Below are positions 27,080 through 36,212 of a stretch of 64,000 nt of DNA, piece after piece (position 1 is the first letter of the stretch; every line of letters begins with the position of its first letter). The stretch lies in assembly GCA_030829545.1 (NCBI GenBank), contig JAURAI010000005.1, positions 12,088-76,087 of the forward strand, in the 5' to 3' direction. The stretch comes from Poseidonia sp. Lineage in GTDB: Archaea > Thermoplasmatota > Poseidoniia > Poseidoniales > Poseidoniaceae. A program made the position numbers and the translations under genes. The notes under the pieces are model-generated. The model had not been told where the DNA came from and made no database searches. It saw only the letters and a list, made by a program, of their open reading frames with translations.

Positions 27080-27089
27080 ATTTGAAAAC
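27080..27089 (-). promoter_or_regulatory. TATA-like box upstream of rnpB
   Basis: The minus strand reads GTTTTCAAAT, centred about 27 nt upstream of the inferred RNA 5' end. That is the usual archaeal TATA spacing. Confidence 0.35.
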
Positions 27090-27108
27090 TCCCTTCACTG
27101 AGGAAATT

Positions 27109-30100
27109 TCACTGATAGGGATTCTCACCAGGTGAAGCCGTTGCTTTTTGACTCCCATACGGCCCTTGTTCTTCCTCTTGAGATGGAGAAGACGGTGGCT
27201 TCGGTTGAGCGACTTTGGGTACTGGCTTTGCTGGTGCACCAGGCAGGGTTTCTCGACGGAGACCAACTACAAGCAAGCCAACCAACCCAAGGGAAAGGAG
27301 AACAACCACAACGAGTAAGGATGTATTGATGGATGTAATCGTTGCAAAGACTCCGTCAGAACGTGGCTCATCAACAAGGACCGTATCCGATTGGGCATTT
27401 GGTCCGTTGATAATGCTCAATTCGAGCCACTGCGTTCCATCCCGCCCGGGTTTCCAAAGATATTGATACAGAACTTGTTCTCCAGACTGGACATTGATGA
27501 CACGAGCATCCAAACGAGTACGTGCACCGTTGGACTCAACCAATTCAAGCACAACATTTGCTTCGCCATCAGCGAGACCGTTATTGCTGATCGAGGTAGC
27601 AACCGTGATGAGGTCACCTTGATGAAGTTCGGAAGATGGTTTCATTTCAATCTCGCCAATGCTGTAGATAGGAACACGTTGTTCAAGAGTCCATACACGA
27701 AGTGGTGCATCGATATCGTTGAAGACTGAATCGACTTCATGACCTGCAGCATCTGCCCCAGTCACCCAAACCCGCAATTCAATGGCCTTGGTTCTAAAGA
27801 GCGGCAGCATCAATTCATCCAAATTTAGCGTGCAGCGGACGGGAATTGATTCACCGCTCAGTCGCTCACCAAGAACCTCGAGAGGGACACTCCCGTTGTC
27901 ATACAGATAGGAGTTGAGGCCAAGGCCTGCGTCATTAAGCGACCAATGAAGCATCAACGTACCTTCGTCTAAACGGGCATTTTCATTCAACCTCAGTTCA
28001 AAGTTGAGGTCTGTCCATTCTTCTTCCGAAAGAACTGTATTGAACTGAGGACGGTCAACTGCCGCCATCCGTGGTGCTTCATTATCGACAATGAACCAAA
28101 TAAATGCCGAACCATCTCCTCTATAGACGGCACCATTGGGCGCATCATAGAGGTCTCCGAACAGGCCATAGGTCCCGTCGAGGAGAGGCGACATCAACGT
28201 TGTAGTAAATGTCCCGTTGACTGACTGAATTTGCGCACCGTTCTCACCTAAGGAAAGGTCAACATACAAGTCTTGCTGGACAGCCCGTTGGCTTCGATAC
28301 CAAACAAGGGAACCAGTGACGTCAAAGGAGGTTCGAGGCTTGACCCAATAACCCAACGAATCCTCCGGCTCGTCGCCCAAAGAGATTGAAAGCGAGTCAG
28401 GGTCAATCATCATTTCACCCGAAAACTTCCAACTCAATGGTTCGAGTAAGAACCGATTTGATTGACCCGATTGGTCGAGCATCGTAATATGAGGAATCCT
28501 GCGAAGTGACGTATCGGGATCGTACCCCCATTCAATGCTGAAATTTACTTCAAAGACTCCATTTCGGGAGAACAAATCATTCTCTTCCAGCGGAAGAAGC
28601 TCGCATGATTCCAATTCGATGTAAGCATGAGAAGAAGAGCACTGATCGGTACTTTGATTCCAACTGATCACTGAAGGATAGGGCGTATTGAATGCTAAAG
28701 CAAGATGTATCTCAGAAAGGTCATAGATTCCGTTGCGCTCCCATATAGGAATTTGAATCGTGTTCCATTCATCAGGGTGAATCCATGGCTCCTCTTCGCC
28801 ATTGGGCCACGCCAAGGTCGAAGCCCCTAAGGATGGTGCACCATCTTCGTTGATTTGAACATTGAAAAGCGGTGTGCTCATGCCTCCAGAATCTGCCATT
28901 CGGTGTCCTGCACTGTCACCTACCTCAAGCCAACCAACAAAGTAATCCCCGACTTCTGCATCTGCCGTATCCAAAAGAAGCGAGTACTCACCGATGAGTG
29001 TTGAGAGATTTTGTGGGAGCGTGAGGTCCATCGTTTGCAATTCATCAGAACTCATGTTGAGGTCACCATTGGCATCATCAACCCAAGAGCGCCAAATCAT
29101 AGCCATCGCATGCGTGGGCAAATGTGGTCGGTCTGCGATTGAAAATTTGAGTTCTGTCCGTGGTGAAGCATCTCGGTTATCAAAACGGTCAACATCACTT
29201 GATACAAGCGTTGGTGGGACATTATCAAAGAGGAAGGTATGGGTGTTGGCGACTTCCTCAACCATGTCTTGACCCCGCAACGGCACGACTTCTACGCCGA
29301 GTTCCATTGAAGGTCGACCGCTCGGCACGTTGTAGGTGAAGAGAGCCACTCCGTTGGAATAGGACGATGTAGTGGCATATTCTGCCCCATCGACGAGGAA
29401 ACGAACCAAGGCGGCACCTGTCCGAGGTGTACCCTCATCTGTTCCCTCAAAGCCGAGGACGACTTCGATGTTCACCAATTCTCCTGCTCGCAGGTAGGGG
29501 AAGGCAGCATCAGAACGGATGCCTTCGCTCGAAAGAACCGACCACGAGCGAAGCGCAATATCATTTTCAACGCCTTGGTCGTAACCCAAGCCAAAGGTTT
29601 GCGATACGGGCAGCATGGATCCTGTCGGTGCAAGCATGTTGACCATCATGATGGCGGATGGTTCGTCGTTCCAGCCATCTGGGAATTTGAAATGATGTCC
29701 GAATTCAAGGTAACTTGACGAACCAATGGCCGTGATGGAACCTGAAAGACCCTCATCAAACCAAACCAATGCCGTCCCTGAGGCCGTACAACTTGAGATA
29801 GAAATTGGTGTAATTGGAAGGGATGCAACAGGGCATCGCAAGGTAGATTGTTGGGACTGACCTACAAGTTGGAACTGGACCTCCCAGTTGGATTGTTGAG
29901 CATGAGTGTACGCGTCAGTAATGCCAAGAGGTGTGAAATCAAAGATCGCCTTGGTCTCAATCCAATCGTTACCAGGCACCAGCGTATTGGTGACGTTGCT
30001 CACTTCAAGAGAAACGGGGCGGACCGAGGCTTGGGTTTCGATTGAAGTAATGGTCAAGAAAATTGATCCCGTACCGTCCATTCGGACAGGAAGGTTTGCA

Positions 30101-32115
30101 TGGCGTTGACCTGCTTGAGGAATGGTGATTGAAAGTTCGTGGTTCAAACCCATCACCAACGGGTGGGCTGCATTCAATGTCAGCGTCATGTTGCTTTCGT
30201 ATGGTGCGAATACACCTCCGAAGAGTAAGGATGAGGTTGTTAACGACGAACCGATTCGAACTTCAACACTCGCCATGGGCAATGCATCAAGCCCATAGAC
30301 GCCGTTGGCTTGGGTCAAAGCACTGTTCATATCGGTCAGTTCAGTTGATGTAAGCGTTACAACCACTAAGTCCACGATGTTTGAAAGTCCTCGGTTCAAA
30401 ACATCTTGTCCGTTCACTGATACGACCATGTAGGGGCTGCTCAATTCAATCGATGGAGAGGCTACGGCGAATGAAAATGAATCAACACCACGAGTAGGTA
30501 ATGCCATTTCAAAGGATGCTGCAGCTGAAGGTGAGGCTGTTTTCGTAGCCCATAAGTCACCAGTGATCAATTCGTTCTGTAGCCCAAGAATACCAATACC
30601 GTCTCGGTCGAGCGACCATTCCGGTGTTCCATCAAGACCTACATCCAATCGCAATCCATCAGGGACTGAGGTTCGAACAAGTTCAGCATCAAAGGACAAC
30701 CAGGTGTAGGAGCCGCCCGTACTTTGCATCCGAAACTGAACCATGAACGCAGGTGCACTCAAATCTTGACGGCCTTGTGGGTTAAGAGCATTCCATGTAT
30801 CTCCGCCATCGGTCGTGAATTCAAGTTGCCCTTGCCCAGACTGTACATTATTGGCGATGATTGAAGAAAATCCACTTCGAACATGGTATTCGTTGCTGAG
30901 GACGACTCCGCTGCTGGTAATGGCCCCATTTGCCCAACTGCCTGATTGGATTTGCCATCCCTCAGAAGTTGGATCTGTATCGAATGTTTTGGCCATATGT
31001 CCATTCATGGAGATGCTCCGGACTTCTGGAGTCCCTCCTCCAGACGCTTCCTTCATGTGGAATTTTAAGCGCAACAGAGGGTGGGCCACTGCATCAATCA
31101 TGCCAAGGTCGGCAAAGGTGGAGGACATGTGTTCAAAACCAGGAACTGGAAGAGAGGTTTGAGCGTCAAGGATTTGCCATTCAAAAATCGAACCTGGATA
31201 AACGTAAGCGTCCATGTGAAGCAGTCCGTGCATCAAGCCTTCTCCGCGACCGATTTGAGAGGGGCCAAAGACATCTGAAGTCCAGTTCCCTTCCCCATTG
31301 CCCGAACCACCCGACGGCGTGATGATGATGTCGTCAACCCAAGCAGTATCCGATCCACTGTTGACGCTACCGTCTTTGGTGTATTTCCAAGTCAACGTCT
31401 GGGCTGTGGCAGGAATGGAGAACGTTTGCAATCCGTTGTTCACCGTGCCCGACCAACGATAGGTGTAACCGCTGTATCTGGTGCAACCGGTGTTGTCGAT
31501 GCAAAAGATGAGATAGTCAAAACTCCCCTCAGAGGAAACACTGTACCTGAACGTCCCGCTAGCTGCCGGCAATTGAGACACGTCAAGCGTCATACTGGAT
31601 TCTTGGTTGTGGGTGATGGTCCCTGCCTTCGCAAGTTGTGCACCTTGAAGTCGCGTATCTGCTCGAATCGCCCAGTTCGATGTACCTGAGAGCGACCATT
31701 CAGGTGCAAACACCCCGGATTCAAAGTCATAACTCCAGTCTTGAGGGAGAATTTGAAGTGAGGATTTGTTCACATCCATGCCGTCGTAAACTGCGTTGTC
31801 ATCAAAATCACCCACATCCGTCATCGCTGAAGCAAGGGAGTTTTGAAGGGTGTTGGGTTGAAGTTCAAGTTCCATTGATTTGATGGCGTAGCCGTCACCG
31901 ACTGCAACATTGATGCGTTCGTTTGCTCCGTCAGGCCATGACCCAACCGTCAAGGTCGTAGCCTGGCCGATTGGTGTTGTGGGGGCGATAACGCCCTCGT
32001 CTTCAACCAAGTTTTGTGGTGATTTCACCAATCCGATATCGGAAGGAATCATGGAGATGAGAAACAAGAGACATAGCCCAATCGCGAGACCTCGCCCCTT
32101 GCCCTGCGGACTCAT
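27109..32115 (-). CDS. Giant (1668 aa) membrane-anchored extracellular protein
   Basis: N-terminal signal/anchor LAIGLCLLFLISMIP is followed by about 1550 aa of beta-rich sequence. This includes a module ending ...TWKYTKDGSVNSGSDTAWVDDIIITPSG. A CARDB-like module lies just before the TM LLVVVVLLSLGLVGLLVVGL, then RRE and a Pro-rich tail. Confidence 0.75.
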   Translation of the reverse strand: MSPQGKGRGLAIGLCLLFLISMIPSDIGLVKSPQNLVEDEGVIAPTTPIGQATTLTVGSWPDGANERINVAVGDGYAIKSMELELQPNTLQNSLASAMTDVGDFDDNAVYDGMDVNKSSLQILPQDWSYDFESGVFAPEWSLSGTSNWAIRADTRLQGAQLAKAGTITHNQESSMTLDVSQLPAASGTFRYSVSSEGSFDYLIFCIDNTGCTRYSGYTYRWSGTVNNGLQTFSIPATAQTLTWKYTKDGSVNSGSDTAWVDDIIITPSGGSGNGEGNWTSDVFGPSQIGRGEGLMHGLLHMDAYVYPGSIFEWQILDAQTSLPVPGFEHMSSTFADLGMIDAVAHPLLRLKFHMKEASGGGTPEVRSISMNGHMAKTFDTDPTSEGWQIQSGSWANGAITSSGVVLSNEYHVRSGFSSIIANNVQSGQGQLEFTTDGGDTWNALNPQGRQDLSAPAFMVQFRMQSTGGSYTWLSFDAELVRTSVPDGLRLDVGLDGTPEWSLDRDGIGILGLQNELITGDLWATKTASPSAAASFEMALPTRGVDSFSFAVASPSIELSSPYMVVSVNGQDVLNRGLSNIVDLVVVTLTSTELTDMNSALTQANGVYGLDALPMASVEVRIGSSLTTSSLLFGGVFAPYESNMTLTLNAAHPLVMGLNHELSITIPQAGQRHANLPVRMDGTGSIFLTITSIETQASVRPVSLEVSNVTNTLVPGNDWIETKAIFDFTPLGITDAYTHAQQSNWEVQFQLVGQSQQSTLRCPVASLPITPISISSCTASGTALVWFDEGLSGSITAIGSSSYLEFGHHFKFPDGWNDEPSAIMMVNMLAPTGSMLPVSQTFGLGYDQGVENDIALRSWSVLSSEGIRSDAAFPYLRAGELVNIEVVLGFEGTDEGTPRTGAALVRFLVDGAEYATTSSYSNGVALFTYNVPSGRPSMELGVEVVPLRGQDMVEEVANTHTFLFDNVPPTLVSSDVDRFDNRDASPRTELKFSIADRPHLPTHAMAMIWRSWVDDANGDLNMSSDELQTMDLTLPQNLSTLIGEYSLLLDTADAEVGDYFVGWLEVGDSAGHRMADSGGMSTPLFNVQINEDGAPSLGASTLAWPNGEEEPWIHPDEWNTIQIPIWERNGIYDLSEIHLALAFNTPYPSVISWNQSTDQCSSSHAYIELESCELLPLEENDLFSRNGVFEVNFSIEWGYDPDTSLRRIPHITMLDQSGQSNRFLLEPLSWKFSGEMMIDPDSLSISLGDEPEDSLGYWVKPRTSFDVTGSLVWYRSQRAVQQDLYVDLSLGENGAQIQSVNGTFTTTLMSPLLDGTYGLFGDLYDAPNGAVYRGDGSAFIWFIVDNEAPRMAAVDRPQFNTVLSEEEWTDLNFELRLNENARLDEGTLMLHWSLNDAGLGLNSYLYDNGSVPLEVLGERLSGESIPVRCTLNLDELMLPLFRTKAIELRVWVTGADAAGHEVDSVFNDIDAPLRVWTLEQRVPIYSIGEIEMKPSSELHQGDLITVATSISNNGLADGEANVVLELVESNGARTRLDARVINVQSGEQVLYQYLWKPGRDGTQWLELSIINGPNAQSDTVLVDEPRSDGVFATITSINTSLLVVVVLLSLGLVGLLVVGLRRETLPGAPAKPVPKVAQPKPPSSPSQEEEQGPYGSQKATASPGENPYQ

Positions 32116-32216
32116 AGAACAGCCACGCTAAATCAATGGTCTAAAGGCTTCGGCGGTTCGTTTTGTGTGAGGAATGGATGACGAAACTCAATAGAGTCCT
32201 TCCTCTAGCAACCCTC

Positions 32217-32903
32217 ATGGATGTTGAAGCCCTCAAAGCGGAAGCCGGTCGTGCAGCCTGTAAATATGTGGAACATGGGATGAATGTTGGACTTGGTACA
32301 GGCTCTACCGTGAAGTATACCATCCTCGAACTTGGACGTCGCGTCAAGGAGGAAGGCCTGAAAATTATCGGCGTGCCAACATCAATTGCAACCGAATCTC
32401 TCGCAACAGAAGTCGGCATACCGCTAGCATCTCTTGACGATTTGAACGGACTTGACATTGTCATCGATGGAACAGATGAATTCGATCCGCAATTTCAACT
32501 GATCAAAGGAGGAGGAGCAGCCCTCTTGCGGGAAAAGGTTGTAGCCCAATCATCTGCACGCATGGTGGTTGTTGCCGACCAGCGAAAACAAGTAGCCACC
32601 TTGGGCGACTTCCCCCTTCCCGTTGAAATTACTCCATTTTCTCACCTCACAACGGTTCGAGCACTCGAAAAACTTCTTGGTTGCAGCGTCACGCTCCGGA
32701 CAAATGAAGCAGGAACTCTGGTCACTGACAACGGCAATTACATCGTCGATGCGCACACTGGACCGACCATTAGTAATCCACTCGAGATGGAACGTATGAT
32801 CTTGAATATCGCCGGGGTGGTACAAGTTGGACTGTTCATTAACATGTGTGATGTTGTTGTGCTTGCATCAAGTGACGGGGTAGTTGTTCTCGAAAAAGCA
32901 TGA
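32217..32903 (+). CDS. rpiA: Ribose-5-phosphate isomerase A
   Basis: Contains VGLGTGSTV, IDGTDEFD and KGGGAALLREK, the RpiA signature blocks. I prefer the ATG at 32217 over the TTG at 32163. Confidence 0.85.
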   Translation: MDVEALKAEAGRAACKYVEHGMNVGLGTGSTVKYTILELGRRVKEEGLKIIGVPTSIATESLATEVGIPLASLDDLNGLDIVIDGTDEFDPQFQLIKGGGAALLREKVVAQSSARMVVVADQRKQVATLGDFPLPVEITPFSHLTTVRALEKLLGCSVTLRTNEAGTLVTDNGNYIVDAHTGPTISNPLEMERMILNIAGVVQVGLFINMCDVVVLASSDGVVVLEKA

Positions 32904-32938
32904 GTTCATTGTTCAAGCAATACAGTCTGCGTGAAGCA

Positions 32939-32945
32939 TTAAATA
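32939..32945 (+). promoter_or_regulatory. TATA-like box upstream of tRNA-Lys
   Basis: TTAAATA is centred about 25 nt upstream of tRNA position 1. Confidence 0.4.
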
Positions 32946-32966
32946 GGCGAGGCAGAAGGCCAAAGT

Positions 32967-33040
32967 GGGCCTGTAGCTTAGTCAGGTAGAGCGATGGACT
33001 CTTAATCCATCGGTCGCGGGTTCGAACCCCGTCAGGCCCG
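32967..33040 (+). tRNA. tRNA-Lys (anticodon CUU)
   Basis: Folded by hand. Acceptor GGGCCTG/CAGGCCC, D stem GCTT/GAGC, anticodon stem ATGGA/TCCAT with loop CTCTTAA, T arm GCGGG-TTCGAAC-CCCGT, discriminator G. No CCA is encoded. Confidence 0.9.
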
Positions 33041-33352
33041 CTTTCCCTCTTCCTTACAACGAGCGATGACTGCGCCTCTCGAAATCGGTCCAAAATTGTG
33101 GGAATCCTCGGAGGCCAGAGGATCGGGTTGATCTCCGGTCAGAAAGAGGGCATTATTCTGCTCAACTCGCAAAATGCGTTTGACGATGAGGACATCAGGC
33201 TTGAGCGGATGTTGGGCAAGAACTACATCACCTGGACCAACTGAATCCCCGTGAACTGGTCGAAAGGTTAGGACAGTTCCTTCAGGATAGGTAGGCCACA
33301 TGCTTTCGCCTTTGAGGCGAACGGGAAAATCTTCGCCGTCAGGTTGACTCAT
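33032..33352 (-). CDS. sodX: S26-family peptidase, NiSOD maturation protease (SodX-like)
   Basis: Contains LKGESMWPT (catalytic Ser) and VKRI (Lys), as in signal-peptidase-I-like enzymes. Its ATG overlaps the sodN stop (ATGA). Its last 9 nt are antisense to the tRNA-Lys 3' end. Confidence 0.75.
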   Translation of the reverse strand: MSQPDGEDFPVRLKGESMWPTYPEGTVLTFRPVHGDSVGPGDVVLAQHPLKPDVLIVKRILRVEQNNALFLTGDQPDPLASEDSHNFGPISRGAVIARCKEEGKRA

Positions 33353-33792
33353 GATGCACGAATCCAAGGGACTTCACGGCCCTTTACTGCCCAGAACATG
33401 TTGTGAATCGCTTCGCAAGCATCCATCAATTCTTGAGCGTGGTCTGCTGAAACTTCAACTTTGCAGGCGGAGCACAACTTTGCAGCGTGCCAGAAGGTAT
33501 CGTGGAGGTCCGGATTGGCCTCGAGATGTTGTGGCTTGAAGAAGTCAGTCCAAAGGACAAGGAGTTCATCCTTGCAGGTTTGAGCTTCCTCTTCTTTGAT
33601 GGCTGCATAGCGGCTCATCGTGTTGAGGTAGGCTGCCATTGCTGGACCGTCGCTGGTCTCAGGGCAAGTCAAACCGAGCATTTTCTTTGTCATGGACTGG
33701 ACGGCTTCTGCTGCGACACGAGCACTGGCAGGGTCGTATACGCCACACGGGCCATCACAATGGGCTTCTGCTTCAAGGTTAGGGGTCTTCAT
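33349..33792 (-). CDS. sodN: Nickel superoxide dismutase precursor
   Basis: The Ni-hook HCDGPCGVYDP follows a short leader ending EAEA, and a later LWTDFFKPQH matches the Streptomyces SodN pattern. The ATG at 33792 gives a 10-aa leader; the TTG at 33804 gives 14 aa. Confidence 0.9.
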   Translation of the reverse strand: MKTPNLEAEAHCDGPCGVYDPASARVAAEAVQSMTKKMLGLTCPETSDGPAMAAYLNTMSRYAAIKEEEAQTCKDELLVLWTDFFKPQHLEANPDLHDTFWHAAKLCSACKVEVSADHAQELMDACEAIHNMFWAVKGREVPWIRAS

Positions 33793-33831
33793 GGTTTGAC
33801 CCAAGTCTCCGCATCATATCAATGTGATTCA

Positions 33832-34737
33832 TCACCCAACAATGGTCGTGCCGCCCTCGCCTCGAAGTGACTCAAGAACATTCCCCGGCGAGCAAAGCAC
33901 TGCTTTTCCACCGCCTGAAGCGGAGGCAAAGGAACAAAGTGCGTGCAATTTGGGTCGCATGGACCCTGTCGGAAATTGACCTTGTTCATCCATGGATTGT
34001 ATGTCGGCAACCGTGAGCATAGGGTGTGCTTTCGCTTCAGGTGTTGCGAAATCCGAGTAAACAGCATCAGCATCGGTGCTGATAATCAGCGCATCTGCCT
34101 GCAAATCTAGGGCAAGGCGAGATGAAAAATGATCTTTATCGATGACGGCAGGCATTCCCGTCAGATGCTGATCTCGTTGAGCGACGGGAACACCGCCACC
34201 ACCCCCACAGATGACGACCGCCTGAAGCTTGACCAGGTGCTGTATGACATCCAATTCAAGAATTCGTATGGGAAGGGGGCTGGCAACAACACGACGTGGC
34301 CCGTGAATTGTTTGTGCGATATCCCAGTCAGCAGACATGACAGTTGCAGAATCCAAAATTGGGCCGACCGGTTTGGTGGGCATGGAGAAGCCAGGGTCGT
34401 CAGGGTCCACTTCAACCCGAGTGAGTACAACAGCACTTCGTTCTGGTCGTCGCCGACGCTCCAAAATCGCCTGCAAATTCATCGAAAGTTCGTGTCCGAT
34501 CATACCTTGAGTTGCCGCCACCCATGAATCAAGCGAATGAACTGATGCCTCATCCATTTCAAGGAGATGACCGACTTGCGGACCGTTGCCGTGTGTCAAG
34601 ACAACATTCCAATCCATCTCGAGCAAGTCGACGACATCACTCATGACTTTGGCCAACACATGGGCTGTTTCATTGGATTCGTCGTTTGGCGGCTGGAGTG
34701 CATTGCCACCCAAAGCATAGACAGCGACCTTTCTCAC
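33832..34737 (-). CDS. arcC: Carbamate kinase
   Basis: Begins MRKVAVYALGGNAL, followed by VVLTHGNGPQVG and GGGGVPV. This is the amino-acid-kinase fold with carbamate kinase blocks. Confidence 0.85.
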   Translation of the reverse strand: MRKVAVYALGGNALQPPNDESNETAHVLAKVMSDVVDLLEMDWNVVLTHGNGPQVGHLLEMDEASVHSLDSWVAATQGMIGHELSMNLQAILERRRRPERSAVVLTRVEVDPDDPGFSMPTKPVGPILDSATVMSADWDIAQTIHGPRRVVASPLPIRILELDVIQHLVKLQAVVICGGGGGVPVAQRDQHLTGMPAVIDKDHFSSRLALDLQADALIISTDADAVYSDFATPEAKAHPMLTVADIQSMDEQGQFPTGSMRPKLHALCSFASASGGGKAVLCSPGNVLESLRGEGGTTIVG

Positions 34738-34862
34738 ATGTGTTCTTCGACCTGTTCCGTTTTGACCCTTTGCCCGATTTTAATGAGGGAGGTGTTCTTT
34801 TTGCGTGAGTGCTCGGGGGTGACATTGAATTAGACCCCACGAATGGACAGACGGGTGCGAGT

Positions 34863-36212
34863 ATGGGCAAGACCGTTTGGATTGGAGAAGTGCAAGATGG
34901 TTTGTACGACGGAAAAACCGTAGAATTGAAAGGATGGATCAAGCGCACTCGGGGATCCAACAAGATGCGATTCATTGTCCTGCGTGATTCTACTGGGGAA
35001 ATTCAATGCGTGGGTAAAAAAGACACCATCGGTGAAGAATCTTTTCTCGCTTTGAAGGAAGCCCTGATTGAATCAAGCGTCATCCTGAACGGAACCGTCA
35101 ATGTCGACGAGCGTTCTGAGGGAGGTCATGAACTGGTCGTCAATGCCGTCGAGATTGTCGGAGCAGTTGACCCTGAGCGACCCTTCCCGATTAACAAAGA
35201 AGCCTTGGACGTGGTTGATGAGGACGGTGAACCCATGCCAGGCGGTTCAGAATTCTTACTCAACCATCGTCACCTCTATCTTCGCACGAGTCGAATGACA
35301 ACGATGTTAAAACTGCGAAGTTCGGCTTTCGGAGCCATTCACAACTACTTCAGGGCTGGTGATTTTATTGAATACCAAGCACCTAATTTTGTAGCCGGTG
35401 CCGTTGAAGGTGGTTCGACATTATTCGAAGTACCGTATTTCGATAAAGTCGCTTATCTTACACAATCATGGCAACTCTATGCTGAAGCTGCCATGCCTGC
35501 ACTTGAACGACTCTACACCATTGCACCATCATTCCGTGCTGAGGAATCTCGGACACGCCGACACTTGACTGAATTTTGGCACGCTGAAATGGAAGTAGCA
35601 TGGGCGACCAATGATGAGATTATGGCTCACGGTGAAGGAGTTGTCCGCCATATCGCCTCAACGTTGCTGGATGAGCGCGAATCAGAACTGACCTCACTCA
35701 ATCGTGACCTCGACGCCATTGCAAGGTATGCGGACTCACCCTACCCGAAGATGCGTTACGATGAAGCCGTTGAAATTCTCCAAAGCAAGGGAGTTGAAGT
35801 TGAATGGGGCGAAGATTTGGATTACTCAAAAGAAAAAATCCTCACCCAGGATTTTGACCTTCCACACTTCCTAACGCATTATCCAAAAATCGCGAAACCA
35901 TTCTACCACCGTGTCGACCCAGACGATGAGAAATATGTACTCTGTCACGATCTTCTCGCCCCCGAGGGCTATGGAGAAATTATCGGCGGCGGAGAGCGAA
36001 CATGGTCCGAGGAAGAAATTCTGCGTCGCCTCGATGAGGAAGGAACACCCCATGAACCGTATCAATTCTACATTGACACCCGTTCCTACGGAGGGGTTCC
36101 GCACGGTGGTTTCGGACTGGGAGTGGATCGTGTTGTCAGTTGGCTTGCGGGTGCAAGCCATATCCGCGAAGTTATTCCATTCCCACGTACTTCACGCCGT
36201 GTGACTCCTTGA
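34863..36212 (+). CDS. asnS: Asparaginyl-tRNA synthetase
   Basis: Contains VAGAVEGGSTLF, PSFRAEESRTRRHLTEFWHAEMEVAW, LAPEGYGEIIGGGER and GFGLGVDRVV...PFPRTSRRVTP. From memory this matches archaeal AsnRS much better than AspRS. Confidence 0.85.
   Translation: MGKTVWIGEVQDGLYDGKTVELKGWIKRTRGSNKMRFIVLRDSTGEIQCVGKKDTIGEESFLALKEALIESSVILNGTVNVDERSEGGHELVVNAVEIVGAVDPERPFPINKEALDVVDEDGEPMPGGSEFLLNHRHLYLRTSRMTTMLKLRSSAFGAIHNYFRAGDFIEYQAPNFVAGAVEGGSTLFEVPYFDKVAYLTQSWQLYAEAAMPALERLYTIAPSFRAEESRTRRHLTEFWHAEMEVAWATNDEIMAHGEGVVRHIASTLLDERESELTSLNRDLDAIARYADSPYPKMRYDEAVEILQSKGVEVEWGEDLDYSKEKILTQDFDLPHFLTHYPKIAKPFYHRVDPDDEKYVLCHDLLAPEGYGEIIGGGERTWSEEEILRRLDEEGTPHEPYQFYIDTRSYGGVPHGGFGLGVDRVVSWLAGASHIREVIPFPRTSRRVTP

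Noticed and set aside
27071-27081. 11-nt direct repeat ACACCTTGCAT at 26925-26935 (inside rnpB) and at 27071-27081 (rnpB promoter palindrome)
   Set aside because: It is a single short repeat pair found post hoc. One copy is explained by the promoter palindrome and the other by RNase P helices. No further copies were noticed.
26793-27101. 102-aa plus-strand ORF in the gap after the second RND exporter
   Set aside because: It lies entirely inside the minus-strand RNase P RNA, where the CR-I and CR-V sequences and the P1/P4 pairings are all visible. Its translation is Cys/Ser/Leu-rich and not protein-like.
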